A DNA stretch of 64,000 nt from Clostridia bacterium. Lineage in GTDB: Bacteria > Bacillota > Clostridia > Oscillospirales > CAG-272. Position numbers and translations under genes: made by a program. Location: contig JAFVWS010000004.1 of NCBI GenBank assembly GCA_017501545.1, forward strand, positions 10,515 to 74,514, given 5' to 3'. Below the pieces are notes generated by a model. The model had not been told where the DNA came from and did not search any database. It saw nothing but the letters and a program-made list of their open reading frames with translations. Positions 48,832 to 59,097 of this stretch are shown here, in pieces (positions within the stretch are counted from its first letter, which is position 1; each line of letters opens with the position of its first letter).

Positions 48832-50127
48832 ATGACCTACAACAAGAAAACTATTGAAGACGTTAACGTTGAAGGAAAAAGAGTCCTCGTTAGATGTGAC
48901 TTTAACGTTCCACTCAAGGACGGCGTTATCACAAGTGACAAAAGAATTATAGGCGCACTTCCTACAATTAAGTACCTTCTTGATAAGGGTGCTAAGGTTG
49001 TACTTTGCTCACATATGGGCAAGCCACACAGCATCTTAACAGAGGGCTTTGGCCTTAATAAGAAGGAAAAGAAAAAGGTTGAGGAGCTTCCTGAAAATGA
49101 AAGAGCAGCTGCAACAGCTGAGCTTTTAAAGAAGGCTCTTGGCGATAAGCAAAAGTTCACACTTAAGCCAGTAGCTGACAGACTTAATGAGCTTCTTGGT
49201 GGCGTAGTTACATTTGCTGAGGACATCGTTGGAGAGGATGCAAAATCAAAGGTTGCAGCACTTGAGTGTGGCAAGGCAGTTCTTCTTGAAAACGTTCGTT
49301 TTGACGCAAGAGAAACAAAGAACAACCCAGAATTCGCGAAGGAACTTAGCGAGTACGCTGACATTTACGTAAACGATGCATTCGGTACAGCTCACCGTGC
49401 ACATGCTACAACAGCTGGCGTTGCTGATTATCTCCCTGCAGTATGTGGTTACCTAATTCAAAAGGAAATCGGCATTATGGGTAAGGCATTGGCTGATCCA
49501 AAGCGTCCATTCGTTGCTATTTTAGGTGGTGCTAAGGTTTCAGACAAGATTGGCGTTATAAACAACCTCATTGAAAAGGTTGACACACTTATCATCGGTG
49601 GCGGTATGGCTTACACCTTCTTTAAGGCACTTGGTTATAGCGTAGGCACATCACTTTGCGAGGACGACAAGGTTGAGCTTGCAAAGGAAATGATGGCTAA
49701 GGCTGAATCTAAGGGCGTTAAGTTCTTAATCCCAGTTGACAACAAGCTTGGTAAGGAATACAACGAGAATACAGAATCAATGTTCTGCAACTCAAACGAT
49801 ATTCCTGATGGCTGGATGGGCCTTGACATTGGTCCTAAGACACAAGAGCTCTTTGCAAACGCAATTAAGGGCGCTGGTACAGTTGTATGGAATGGTCCTA
49901 TGGGCGTTTCAGAGTGGAAGAACTTTGCAGCAGGAACTGAATGTGTTGCAAACGCAGTTGCAGAAAGTGGCGCTATCTCCATTATCGGTGGCGGTGACTC
50001 AGCAGCAGCAGTTGAAAAGCTTGGCTTTGCAGACAAGATGACACACATCTCAACAGGTGGTGGTGCTTCACTTGAATTCCTCGAAGGTCTTGAGCTTCCA
50101 GGCATTGCATGCCTCCAAGATAAATAA
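48832..50127 (+). CDS. pgk: Phosphoglycerate kinase (with ~35-aa insertion)
   Basis: [54 protein letters not shown]. Confidence 0.98.
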   Translation: MTYNKKTIEDVNVEGKRVLVRCDFNVPLKDGVITSDKRIIGALPTIKYLLDKGAKVVLCSHMGKPHSILTEGFGLNKKEKKKVEELPENERAAATAELLKKALGDKQKFTLKPVADRLNELLGGVVTFAEDIVGEDAKSKVAALECGKAVLLENVRFDARETKNNPEFAKELSEYADIYVNDAFGTAHRAHATTAGVADYLPAVCGYLIQKEIGIMGKALADPKRPFVAILGGAKVSDKIGVINNLIEKVDTLIIGGGMAYTFFKALGYSVGTSLCEDDKVELAKEMMAKAESKGVKFLIPVDNKLGKEYNENTESMFCNSNDIPDGWMGLDIGPKTQELFANAIKGAGTVVWNGPMGVSEWKNFAAGTECVANAVAESGAISIIGGGDSAAAVEKLGFADKMTHISTGGGASLEFLEGLELPGIACLQDK

Positions 50128-50309
50128 TTATGGTAATTAGCCAAACGCTCAAAAAGCGTTTGGCTTTTGCCGATAAATGGCTATAAAGTCAATGAATACA
50201 AGGGTTCAAAGCCTTTTTTGAAAAAAGAAAACCACCCTTGAAATTATTACACTTATAACATTTGAACATTTGTTCATATGAATGAATATGAAAATATAGG
50301 AGAAAAACA

Positions 50310-51065
50310 ATGAGAAGAAAAGTAATTGCAGGTAACTGGAAAATGAATATGACACCATCACAAGCTAAGGCTCTTATTGAGGAGACAAAGCCACTTGTTG
50401 CTGGTAAGGACAATTGCGATATTATTTTCTGCGTACCATTTGTAGATATCTATGCAGCACAAGAGGCAGCTAAGGGCTCAAACATTAAAATTGGTGCTGA
50501 AAACGTACACTTTGAGGAAAAGGGCGCTTACACAGGTGAAATTTCTGCAAGCATGCTCAAGGAGTGTGGAATTGAATACGTAATCGTTGGTCACAGCGAA
50601 AGACGTCAATACTTTGGCGAAACCGACCAAACAGTTAACCTTCGTACAAAGGCAGCAATCAACGCTGGCATGAAGGTTCTTCTTTGCCTTGGTGAGGTTA
50701 AGGATGAAAGACTTGACGGAATTACAAACGAGGTTGTTGCAATGCAAACAAAGCTCGCGCTTAAGGACATCACAAAGGAACAGCTTTCACAGGTTATCAT
50801 TGCATATGAGCCAGTTTGGGCTATCGGAACAGGCTTGACAGCAACACCAGAGCAAGCAGACGAAACCTGCGGAGTTATTCGCGAGACAATCAAGTCTCTT
50901 TATGGAAATGATGCAGCTGAGGAAATCATTATCCAATATGGTGGTTCAATGAATGCCGGTAACGCAGCTGAGCTTCTTGCAAAGGAAAACGTTGACGGTG
51001 GTCTTATCGGCGGCGCATCCTTGAAGGCGAAGGACTTCTCAATTATCGTTGAGGCAGCTCAATAA
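50310..51065 (+). CDS. tpiA: Triosephosphate isomerase
   Basis: AGNWKMN, GHSERR, AYEPVWAIGTG, YGGS, GGASL. Confidence 0.99.
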   Translation: MRRKVIAGNWKMNMTPSQAKALIEETKPLVAGKDNCDIIFCVPFVDIYAAQEAAKGSNIKIGAENVHFEEKGAYTGEISASMLKECGIEYVIVGHSERRQYFGETDQTVNLRTKAAINAGMKVLLCLGEVKDERLDGITNEVVAMQTKLALKDITKEQLSQVIIAYEPVWAIGTGLTATPEQADETCGVIRETIKSLYGNDAAEEIIIQYGGSMNAGNAAELLAKENVDGGLIGGASLKAKDFSIIVEAAQ

Positions 51066-51190
51066 TTTCTAATACTTTTTGCGCACACCCAAGGTGGTGT
51101 GCGCTTTTTTTAATAGTAAATTTTGACTGAAAAAGGGCTGGAAAGCGCAAAAACTTGTTGATAATGCACAAATTTGGGCATATTGCCATA

Positions 51191-51219
51191 TTGACAAAGC
51201 TATAATATAGTGTTATAAT
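51191..51219 (+). promoter_or_regulatory. sigmaA promoter of LRR gene
   Basis: TTGACA(51191)-17-TATAAT(51214); TGCACAAA-TTTGGGCA inverted repeat just upstream. Confidence 0.7.
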
Positions 51220-51273
51220 TAATGTGTGAAAATTTATTTTCTTTTATATATATTTTAAGTTGAGGTGCTTTTT

Positions 51274-54204
51274 ATGCTAAAGGCAAGAGGAAAAATAATA
51301 TTAACCCTTATGCTCGCTTTAATTGTAGGCGTGCTTTTTGCAGTGACGGCTTTTGCGATTGAGGGGGCAGATATAAGAATTCAATTTTATGACAGCAACG
51401 GAAACAACGTTGACGGCTCAATTACAACTAACGGCATTGTTAAGGGCGTAATTGACATAAAGGGTGGACAGTCGGTTAAGCTTCCAACCAAAAACGTTGC
51501 AGCTGGCAAATCCTACAACTGGCGTAGTGAGGATGGTCGCGCTTGGGAGGGTGGCACAACCGTTGTCTTTTACGAAAGCACTAAGCTTTACCCAGTAGAG
51601 GCTTTTGATATTTCCACAGCTGAGGAAATGTATACACATATGCCAAATGGCGCAAAGGTAAGACTTCTAAACGATATATATCTTGATAAAAAACCTAATT
51701 TCCCATGGCCAGGCTCTTGTACTGTTCTTATGAATGGTAAAACACTTGAAATTAATTCGTCACTTGGCGATGCTTGGGGTGGACAACGCGCAGGAACATA
51801 TTTTTATGGTACAGGAACCATTAAATACGCTGGTTCTGGCACATTTATGAACCTACAAGGACATGGCTGGGGTGGTGACAACTGTCGTTTGTTCGTTGGA
51901 GCTGGTGTTACACTTGATGCACCAAATGCAACTCTTGGCCGTGATGGTGATGGCTCATACGTTCAAGGCTATCCTTGGATTCAAATTTTCGGTATAGTAA
52001 ACTGTAAAACAGTTTTAAATATGCAAAATGCAGGCAACAGAAACCCACGTATTGAGGTTTATGATGGTGCACAGCTTAGAGTTAGTGACGTGCTTATTAA
52101 GCACTCAACCCCTGGTAATACAGTGCGCGTAAACATTCTTGGTGGAAACATTAAGACAACAGGCTCAACAAGCTTCTTTGCTGACGGGTCTGCGGTTTTC
52201 ACAATCACTGGTGGTTCATTCGAGTTTGCATCATCAGGTGATTATGCAATTCTTAATGAGACTATTGCCGCAACTGCTGACACAAGACTAATTACAATCG
52301 ACTTAAAATCCAGTAATGGAAAAACTTATAAAACAGTAATAAGCACCGCAACGTGCGCGCATGAATATGAGTTAAATACAACCTATCAGGCAAGCTGTCA
52401 AAGCTGTGCGAAGGACGCATTCGTTTGTAAAAAGTGCGAAACAGTAATTCACATCGCATATGGCGAAAAGGGCGACCATAGCTATTCGGAAACGCCAATT
52501 GCACATCTTGACCCAACGAAGACAACCGTGGGTTGGGATAAGTATATGTGTAGTGGCTGCTCAAGCATCAAGCTAAGCTATATTTACTATGACCCAAAAA
52601 ATGATAAGGTAGTAGTAATTGTAAACACAGGGTCGGGCGAAAAGAGTGTTGAAGCGATCGTTAAGGATGTATTTATAGTTGACTCTAACTACACAATTAC
52701 TGGCGTTAAGGCGTTTGGCGATTATAGCCTTACTGATATAGTTGGTATTACGATACCAGTAGGTATTGCAAATGTTAATATTACTACCAATAATACAAAT
52801 GCAAGTGTAAAACAAATTACATTCGGCACAGGCTTGGTTGGTACAGTTACAAGCCTAAAGGGCTTGACCTCACTTGAAAGAATCGTTATTGAAAACGTTG
52901 CTGACCTTGAGTTTAAGAGGGAATGTGCACCAAAGACCGTGAAGTCAATTAAATCCGATATTTCTGGTGCAAACGTTGAATACGCAGAGGGTGCATTCTT
53001 AGGATATACAAATCTAACGGAAATGACATTCTCCTCAGGCTCAACATATGTATTTGGAAAGCAATCATTCAAAGAGTCAGGAGTTAAATCACTTAACTTT
53101 GTTGACAACTGTAAGGTTGACTTTAAGGGAGAGCAAGCGTTTTATGCCTCAAAGCTTGAATACCTTTATGTTGGCAAGGGCATTACAACACTTGCAAATA
53201 AGCCATTTGACTGCACATATTATCTCCAGACCATTATATTAATGGACGTTACAAAGCTTTCAACCGACTATACATTCTGCTGCATGAATAAAGGCGCAAA
53301 AGCTCCGGTTGTATATCACCACGCATCATCACTTGAGCTTGGTGGAAATACATTCTACCAAAGCCATGGTATTACAATTTATACAACAGCTCCTATTACA
53401 CAAGGCTTCAACTCATGTAATTCATACACAATCCACTATGGTATTACGCACGCGTATGATAGAGTTGAAAAGGAGCCAACCTGTACAGAGGAGGGAAGCG
53501 TAACCTATATTACAACCTGTCCATGTGGTGAAAATGAAGGTACATCACATAAGGTATTTAAAAACAATGTTACATCAAGCTCAAATTATACAATTGAGGA
53601 CTACACAAACAAGATTAAGGAAAAGCTTCCACATGACTTTTCAACTGTTGGAAACATTGCATATGTAAATGGCTATACACGACAGGGCTACTATGCGTAT
53701 AAATGCGATATGTGTAAGGGCGTAATTCCTGAGGATTCTCCATCCTGTCCACCACTTATTACAGCAGTCGGCTATTCCGTTTATGGAAAGACCTCTTCAA
53801 TGAGCGTTAAGTACATAGTTAATAGCGACGCGCTTGCTATGTACGAGAAGGCGCTTGGAAAGAAGATACAATACGGCTCAGTGGTTGCAATAAAGGAATT
53901 ACTAAATGGAAAAACACCTCTTGACGAAAATGGAAATGCAAGAAGTGGTGTAATTAAGGTTAACACCTCAAATCAAGGCTACACCTCAAACTCAATTAAG
54001 CTTACTAACATTCAAGATGCAAGCAAGAACGTAAGCTACGTAATGAGCTTATACATAATTGCAGACGGGGAGATTACGTACATTCAGGACACTGAAAACG
54101 TTAAAAACCCAAGTGGCGTAACCTATCGAGAGGTTAACGAGCTAAACGAGTATTACGAGTCGATTCAAGTTGTGGCATTACCTGTTACAAGCGATGACGA
54201 ATAA
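51274..54204 (+). CDS. Secreted protein with beta-rich N-terminus, BspA-LRR block and divergent copy of the shared C-terminal module
   Basis: Signal peptide ending AFA; LRR units; Y.NGY...C..C...PPLITAVGYS...Y.VN..A...YE...G..IQYG...YIQ. Confidence 0.8.
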   Translation: MLKARGKIILTLMLALIVGVLFAVTAFAIEGADIRIQFYDSNGNNVDGSITTNGIVKGVIDIKGGQSVKLPTKNVAAGKSYNWRSEDGRAWEGGTTVVFYESTKLYPVEAFDISTAEEMYTHMPNGAKVRLLNDIYLDKKPNFPWPGSCTVLMNGKTLEINSSLGDAWGGQRAGTYFYGTGTIKYAGSGTFMNLQGHGWGGDNCRLFVGAGVTLDAPNATLGRDGDGSYVQGYPWIQIFGIVNCKTVLNMQNAGNRNPRIEVYDGAQLRVSDVLIKHSTPGNTVRVNILGGNIKTTGSTSFFADGSAVFTITGGSFEFASSGDYAILNETIAATADTRLITIDLKSSNGKTYKTVISTATCAHEYELNTTYQASCQSCAKDAFVCKKCETVIHIAYGEKGDHSYSETPIAHLDPTKTTVGWDKYMCSGCSSIKLSYIYYDPKNDKVVVIVNTGSGEKSVEAIVKDVFIVDSNYTITGVKAFGDYSLTDIVGITIPVGIANVNITTNNTNASVKQITFGTGLVGTVTSLKGLTSLERIVIENVADLEFKRECAPKTVKSIKSDISGANVEYAEGAFLGYTNLTEMTFSSGSTYVFGKQSFKESGVKSLNFVDNCKVDFKGEQAFYASKLEYLYVGKGITTLANKPFDCTYYLQTIILMDVTKLSTDYTFCCMNKGAKAPVVYHHASSLELGGNTFYQSHGITIYTTAPITQGFNSCNSYTIHYGITHAYDRVEKEPTCTEEGSVTYITTCPCGENEGTSHKVFKNNVTSSSNYTIEDYTNKIKEKLPHDFSTVGNIAYVNGYTRQGYYAYKCDMCKGVIPEDSPSCPPLITAVGYSVYGKTSSMSVKYIVNSDALAMYEKALGKKIQYGSVVAIKELLNGKTPLDENGNARSGVIKVNTSNQGYTSNSIKLTNIQDASKNVSYVMSLYIIADGEITYIQDTENVKNPSGVTYREVNELNEYYESIQVVALPVTSDDE

Positions 54205-54303
54205 TTAAAAATAAAAGAGCTCTTTTATAGGGCTCTTTTCTTTTTTGCATAAAAAAAGTTTTTTTTGGAAGAATAGACATAAAAAGCACTACTGGAGGTA
54301 AAT

Positions 54304-54567
54304 ATGAAAGAGCTGAAATTTAAAATTTTAGACAAGGTTGGCTTGCACGCGCGCCCGGCAGGCGCAATTTCAGCAGGGGCTAAATGCTTTAAATGTAACA
54401 TAGAGGTTGAGTGCGAGGGCAAGATGGCAGATGCAAAGCGCCTTTTGTCGCTAATGTCATTGGGAGCAACAAGTGGCAAGGTTTTGACCTTTAAATTTGA
54501 TGGTGAGGATGAGGACAAGGCATACTTGGCAATAGAAATGATATTAAACGAAAAGCTGGGGAAATAA
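54304..54567 (+). CDS. ptsH: PTS phosphocarrier HPr
   Basis: GLHARPA (His15); position 46 is Arg, not Ser. Confidence 0.9.
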   Translation: MKELKFKILDKVGLHARPAGAISAGAKCFKCNIEVECEGKMADAKRLLSLMSLGATSGKVLTFKFDGEDEDKAYLAIEMILNEKLGK

Positions 54568-56216
54568 TGGAAAAATCGTACAAGGGTCAAAGGATTTTTA
54601 CAGGAATAGGCATCACAAGCAAAAAGGCAAGCGGACGACTAAGGCTTATTTCTACAAATGAGGGCGTGGTTCAAAATAAAGGCACAAGTCTTAATAAGGA
54701 TGACGAAAAAAAGCGCTTTTTAGATGCCGTAAAAAGAACAATAGAGCGCACAAACGAGATAGCCAAGCGCGCCAAGGAGAGCTTAGGAGAAAGTGAGGCG
54801 CAAATTTTTGAAATTCACGCAATGCTTCTTGATGACGAGGACTTTATAGGCTCTGCGCTTGGCGAAATTTCCAAGGGCAAAAGCGCAGAGGAGGCAGTGA
54901 CGTCAAGCGCCCAAAAATACACAAGCATTTTGCGTGCAATAGGTGATGAATATCTTTCAGCACGCGCATCAGATATAAAGGATATTTGTAGTGGAATTAT
55001 CGACACTCTAAGCGCCAAAACCGAAAAAGGTGACAGCGAGGAGGAGCCTTATATTTTGGTCGCTCGTGACTTGACTCCATCACAAACTGTAAAGCTTGAT
55101 AAATCAAAAATACTTGGCTTTGTTACCTATGAGGGCACGCCCTCATCTCACACGTCAATTCTTGCACGCGCAATGGGCATTCCTGCAATTGTCGGCGTAG
55201 GTGAATTGCCAAATAGCATAATCGGCACCGAGGCGCTTCTTGACGCGAAAAGAGGAAGGCTTATAGCTTGCCCAAGTGATGAGGAAAGAGAAAGGTTTTT
55301 GGCTGAATATCGCTACGAAAGCAAAATTGCAAGCGAGCATGAAAGATATATGCGCTCACTTATAAGCACACCTGCAGTAACAAGAAGTGGGCACAGGGTT
55401 TTAATATACGCAAATGTAGGAAACGAGGGGGAGGTTGACGGTGCGCTATTAAATGGTGCTGAGGGAATAGGACTTTTAAGAAGTGAGTTTATGTATTTTG
55501 AAAGAGATACCTACCCAAGTGAGACAGAGCTTTTTTCATCATATAAAAGAATTGCTGAAAAGATGCAGGGCAAGCGAGTAATAATAAGAACTCTTGACGT
55601 AGGCGCAGACAAGCAAATACCATACTTTAATCTTGAAAAGGAGCAAAACCCTGCCCTTGGCTATCGAGGAATAAGAATTTGCCTTGATAGAAGAGAGCTT
55701 TTTAAAATACAGCTAAGGGCAATTTTGCGCGCCTCTCACTATGGTAAGGTGGGAATTATGATGCCTATGATTGCGACACTGGGTGAGCTAAAACGCGCAA
55801 AGGAGCTACTTTTTGAAGCGATGAAGGAGCTTGATAAGGAAAGCGTGATGTACGATGAAAAAATAGAAATAGGAATAATGATAGAAACCCCTGCCTCGGC
55901 AATTATCAGCGATAAGCTTGCAAAAGAGGTAAGCTTCTTTTCAGTCGGCACAAATGACTTAACGCAGTACACCTTAGCAGTTGACAGGCAAAACAGTCGT
56001 GTCTCGGGAATATGTGCCGACACCGAGGCAGTAATGCGCTTAATTAAAATGGCAACTGATAATATCCACGAGGTGGGTGGATGGATTGGCGTTTGTGGCG
56101 AGATGGCAGCAGACCTTTCCTTGACACAGGCGTTTGTTGATATAGGAGTAGATGAGCTGTCGGTTTCTGCGCCCTATCTTTTAGGCGTGCGTGGCAAGGT
56201 GACAGACTCAAAATAA
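54567..56216 (+). CDS. ptsI: PTS enzyme I
   Basis: SHTSILARA, GIGLLRSEF, IRTLDVGADK, NPALGYRGIR, SVGTNDLTQY, GVCGEMA. Confidence 0.96.
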   Translation: MEKSYKGQRIFTGIGITSKKASGRLRLISTNEGVVQNKGTSLNKDDEKKRFLDAVKRTIERTNEIAKRAKESLGESEAQIFEIHAMLLDDEDFIGSALGEISKGKSAEEAVTSSAQKYTSILRAIGDEYLSARASDIKDICSGIIDTLSAKTEKGDSEEEPYILVARDLTPSQTVKLDKSKILGFVTYEGTPSSHTSILARAMGIPAIVGVGELPNSIIGTEALLDAKRGRLIACPSDEERERFLAEYRYESKIASEHERYMRSLISTPAVTRSGHRVLIYANVGNEGEVDGALLNGAEGIGLLRSEFMYFERDTYPSETELFSSYKRIAEKMQGKRVIIRTLDVGADKQIPYFNLEKEQNPALGYRGIRICLDRRELFKIQLRAILRASHYGKVGIMMPMIATLGELKRAKELLFEAMKELDKESVMYDEKIEIGIMIETPASAIISDKLAKEVSFFSVGTNDLTQYTLAVDRQNSRVSGICADTEAVMRLIKMATDNIHEVGGWIGVCGEMAADLSLTQAFVDIGVDELSVSAPYLLGVRGKVTDSK

Positions 56217-56226
56217 AGGAGAAGAT

Positions 56227-56688
56227 ATGAAGGAAAAACAAAAAATTTTATCCCCCTGTGATGGCGAAATTATTCCACTTGAGGCAGTAAGCGACGAGGT
56301 GTTTTCCTCTGGGATTATGGGAGAGGGCTTTGCGGTTTTGCCAAGCTCAAAGCACTTTTTTGCCCCTGTTAGTGGCAAGGTGGAAAATGCATATAAAACA
56401 GGTCATGCATATTCAATAACAACCGAGGACGGCTTAGATGTTTTGGTTCATATAGGAATTGACACAGTTGAACTTGACGGTGAATTTTTTGATAAAAGAG
56501 TAAGTGCAGGCGACTATATAAAAAAGGGTCAAGCGCTTGCATATGCCGATATTAACAAAATCCTTGAAAAGGGCTTTGACCCAGTTTGCGTGGTTGTTGT
56601 TTCAAACTCAGAAAGGCTTCATAGCGTTGAAATAAAAAGTGGCGAATGCTATGCAGGGGACGAAGCGCTTCTATATGAAATAAAATAA
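56227..56688 (+). CDS. PTS EIIA component, glucose family
   Basis: DEVFSSGIMGEGFA, TGHAY, LVHIGIDTVEL.G. Confidence 0.93.
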   Translation: MKEKQKILSPCDGEIIPLEAVSDEVFSSGIMGEGFAVLPSSKHFFAPVSGKVENAYKTGHAYSITTEDGLDVLVHIGIDTVELDGEFFDKRVSAGDYIKKGQALAYADINKILEKGFDPVCVVVVSNSERLHSVEIKSGECYAGDEALLYEIK

Positions 56689-56722
56689 AAAAAGCGACCC
56701 CTGGGTCGCTTTTTTCTTATAA

Positions 56723-56952
56723 TTAGTGGTTTTCAATCCATTCGTTAACTGCTGACTTAGCAATTCTTTTGATGTTTTCCTGTGGGTGAATTGATTCAAC
56801 ACCACCATTTTCATAAACGAAATAAAATCCGTCCTGTGTTTTGTATAGAGTCTCCTCATAGCCCTTTGGGTCACCAAACGTGCCACAAACAAACTTCTTT
56901 ACAATTTCACTTGCTTCTGTATCATAAGTCTTTTTGCAAATAACCTTTTCAT
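56723..56952 (-). pseudogene. Small hypothetical gene with a 1-nt deletion just after the start codon (or sequencing error)
   Basis: AAAGGAG RBS + ATG at 56952; adding one A to ATGAAAAGG opens a 76-aa ORF MKKVICKKTYDTEASEIVKK...GDPKGYEETLYKT.DG.YF...EWIENH ending at TAA 56723. Confidence 0.7.
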
Positions 56953-57060
56953 AACTAAATCTCCTTTAATTTTTTTATCACAAAAATAATAACATAATGT
57001 AGGCTGTTTGTCAATACTTTTAAAGGGTGTAATTATAACCAAAAATTCGATAAATTTCTA

Positions 57061-57783
57061 TTATAAATTTTCAATTACAAATTCAACCTCGGCGTTTACT
57101 CTGCCATCCTCGTGAATTGAGCGCATAAAGTATTTTCCATCAGTTTTTGCCATATAGAATTTCAAATTGTCACCAGGCTTGGCATCATTAATATATGAAA
57201 TAGCAATGCTTTTTACAAGCTTGCCCTCTGGTGCTGGCAAGTAGTTGAAGAACATATCAGGATAGTTTGTATTGTTAATATGATGATTAATATCAGTGTC
57301 AGAATATCTGACTGTATATTCACCAACTAAGCTAAGCTTAAGCTCACTTGGAATACGCACCTTTGAGGGTGAATCAAGCTCAAGCTGTGGCTCTTGCTCA
57401 AAATTAGAAAAATCAACCTCGCTGATTTTAACAAGCTTCCTTTCGCTAACCGAAACAAGCGCCCAAACGCTGTTTGCCTCAGCCATTAGCTCCTCTCCCT
57501 TGAAAACCTGGAAAGAACGATAGGTTGTAAACCCACGTGAGCCAGTTGCCCAGGTGGAAACGCTAACCTCATCGTACGAGCAAATAGGGGAGTATATATT
57601 AATTCTTATGCTACTTAAAATAAGCGCCTTGTCTTGGTTTAATAGGTCTCTATATGATGGGCGCACGCCACTCATGTGAAGCATGCCTGTTTCCTGCATA
57701 AGCTTTAAAACACCAGATGCGCTAAGAATTTCATTTGAGTTTGTATCGTGAAATTTTACCTTGTATTTTTCAACCCACTTCAT
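57061..57783 (-). CDS. Acyl-ACP thioesterase (double hot-dog)
   Basis: VKFHDT, VSTW, A.S.WALV...RKL, VRYSDTDINHHINNTNY. Confidence 0.9.
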   Translation of the reverse strand: MKWVEKYKVKFHDTNSNEILSASGVLKLMQETGMLHMSGVRPSYRDLLNQDKALILSSIRINIYSPICSYDEVSVSTWATGSRGFTTYRSFQVFKGEELMAEANSVWALVSVSERKLVKISEVDFSNFEQEPQLELDSPSKVRIPSELKLSLVGEYTVRYSDTDINHHINNTNYPDMFFNYLPAPEGKLVKSIAISYINDAKPGDNLKFYMAKTDGKYFMRSIHEDGRVNAEVEFVIENL

Positions 57784-57978
57784 AATTTCCCTCGCAAATA
57801 ATAATTAAAATAACAAAGCCATTTTAACATCTTTTATATAGTAAATCAAGATATTAGACAAAAAAAGACAAAAAATATGGCCCAAAAAACAAGATTGCAT
57901 AAAATGTAAGTAAGAGGTTTAAACCTCTGTTTTTTGTCAATAATACTAACGAGAGAGAAATAATTGGGAGTGATAAAT

Positions 57979-58368
57979 TTGAATATAAAACGAGGAGATA
58001 TTTTCTATGCTGACTTAAGTCCCGTTGTCGGCTCAGAGCAAGGTGGGTTGCGTCCTGTTTTGATAGTTCAAAACGACGTTGGAAACAAGTATAGCCCAAC
58101 AGTAATTGCCGCAGCGATAACAAGTAAAATGACAAAGGCAAGGCTACCTACCCATATCGGCGTTTTGGCAAAGGATGTAGGACTAAATAAGGACTCGGTA
58201 ATCCTTTTAGAGCAAATAAGAACTCTTGATAAAACCCGTCTTAAGGAAAAAATGGGTCACCTTGACGAGGTTACAATGAATGAGGTTAACAGCGCAATAA
58301 CGGTGTCCTTTGGTCTTGCAACGACAGACCAAGCACAGGGCACGTCAGGGGAGAATACTGCAATATAA
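57979..58368 (+). CDS. mazF: MazF/PemK-family endoribonuclease (NdoA/EndoA-like), no adjacent antitoxin
   Basis: [40 protein letters not shown]...[16 protein letters not shown]; TTG start after GGAGTG. Confidence 0.93.
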   Translation: MNIKRGDIFYADLSPVVGSEQGGLRPVLIVQNDVGNKYSPTVIAAAITSKMTKARLPTHIGVLAKDVGLNKDSVILLEQIRTLDKTRLKEKMGHLDEVTMNEVNSAITVSFGLATTDQAQGTSGENTAI

Positions 58369-58380
58369 AAGGGAGCAAAA

Positions 58381-59097
58381 TTACTGCTCCCTTTCTTCTA
58401 TTTTATTCTTTTCCTTGCGTGAAAACTTGTATTCAATAGAGGTACGGTCCTTTTTGTGTACAACTGAGGAGTCTGCTGTGTGCACTGCACCATCCTGCTC
58501 AGTAATAATTTTATCTCCATCCTCTTCGAGAACCGTAATTCCGTTTATGCGCATTTCAAGCGTTAGCGTGTCAGCACCAAGATGCACGCCATCCATTTCA
58601 ACCTTGTAGTATTTATACTGATACTTTTCGCCAGAGTCAAGCAGGCTTGGCATTAGGTTGTATTCCGTTTTGCCCTCGGCAGTTTGCGCCACAAGGTAGA
58701 ATTCAACGTCGTCATAGTCAACGCCAGGACAGCTTTCTTGTAGCTCCTCAACGTGAAGCTTGTTTATACGCACTCCAAACTGAATATAGCCATAGCCTGT
58801 TTTTTCGCCGTTTTCGCCAAGCTCCTCAATGTAAATAAGCTCAGTTACCTTAATAACGCCATTTTCAGAAAGGCCCTCAGTACCAACGGAGTGTGTGCGC
58901 ACGTCGGTGTTATTATCATACGCCTCATAAAATGTGTCGGTAAGATATACGTCCTTATAAAGGTCGAAAATAGTAGAGCGATAAAGCTGAATGCTAAAGA
59001 AAATAACAAACGCAAGAAGCGCAGTAGCAAAAGCACCAGTTAGAATTTTTACAAAGATGCCAAGACCCTTGGATTTTTCTTCCATTTCGACCTCCAC
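58381..59097 (-). CDS. Hypothetical membrane-anchored protein
   Basis: 238-aa ORF, single N-terminal TM; start may be the second Met (59085). Confidence 0.7.
   Translation of the reverse strand: MEVEMEEKSKGLGIFVKILTGAFATALLAFVIFFSIQLYRSTIFDLYKDVYLTDTFYEAYDNNTDVRTHSVGTEGLSENGVIKVTELIYIEELGENGEKTGYGYIQFGVRINKLHVEELQESCPGVDYDDVEFYLVAQTAEGKTEYNLMPSLLDSGEKYQYKYYKVEMDGVHLGADTLTLEMRINGITVLEEDGDKIITEQDGAVHTADSSVVHKKDRTSIEYKFSRKEKNKIEEREQ

Noticed and set aside
56671-56892. 73-aa ORF from the track
   Set aside because: No RBS and it crosses a bidirectional terminator; the frameshifted gene 56723-56952 explains the region better
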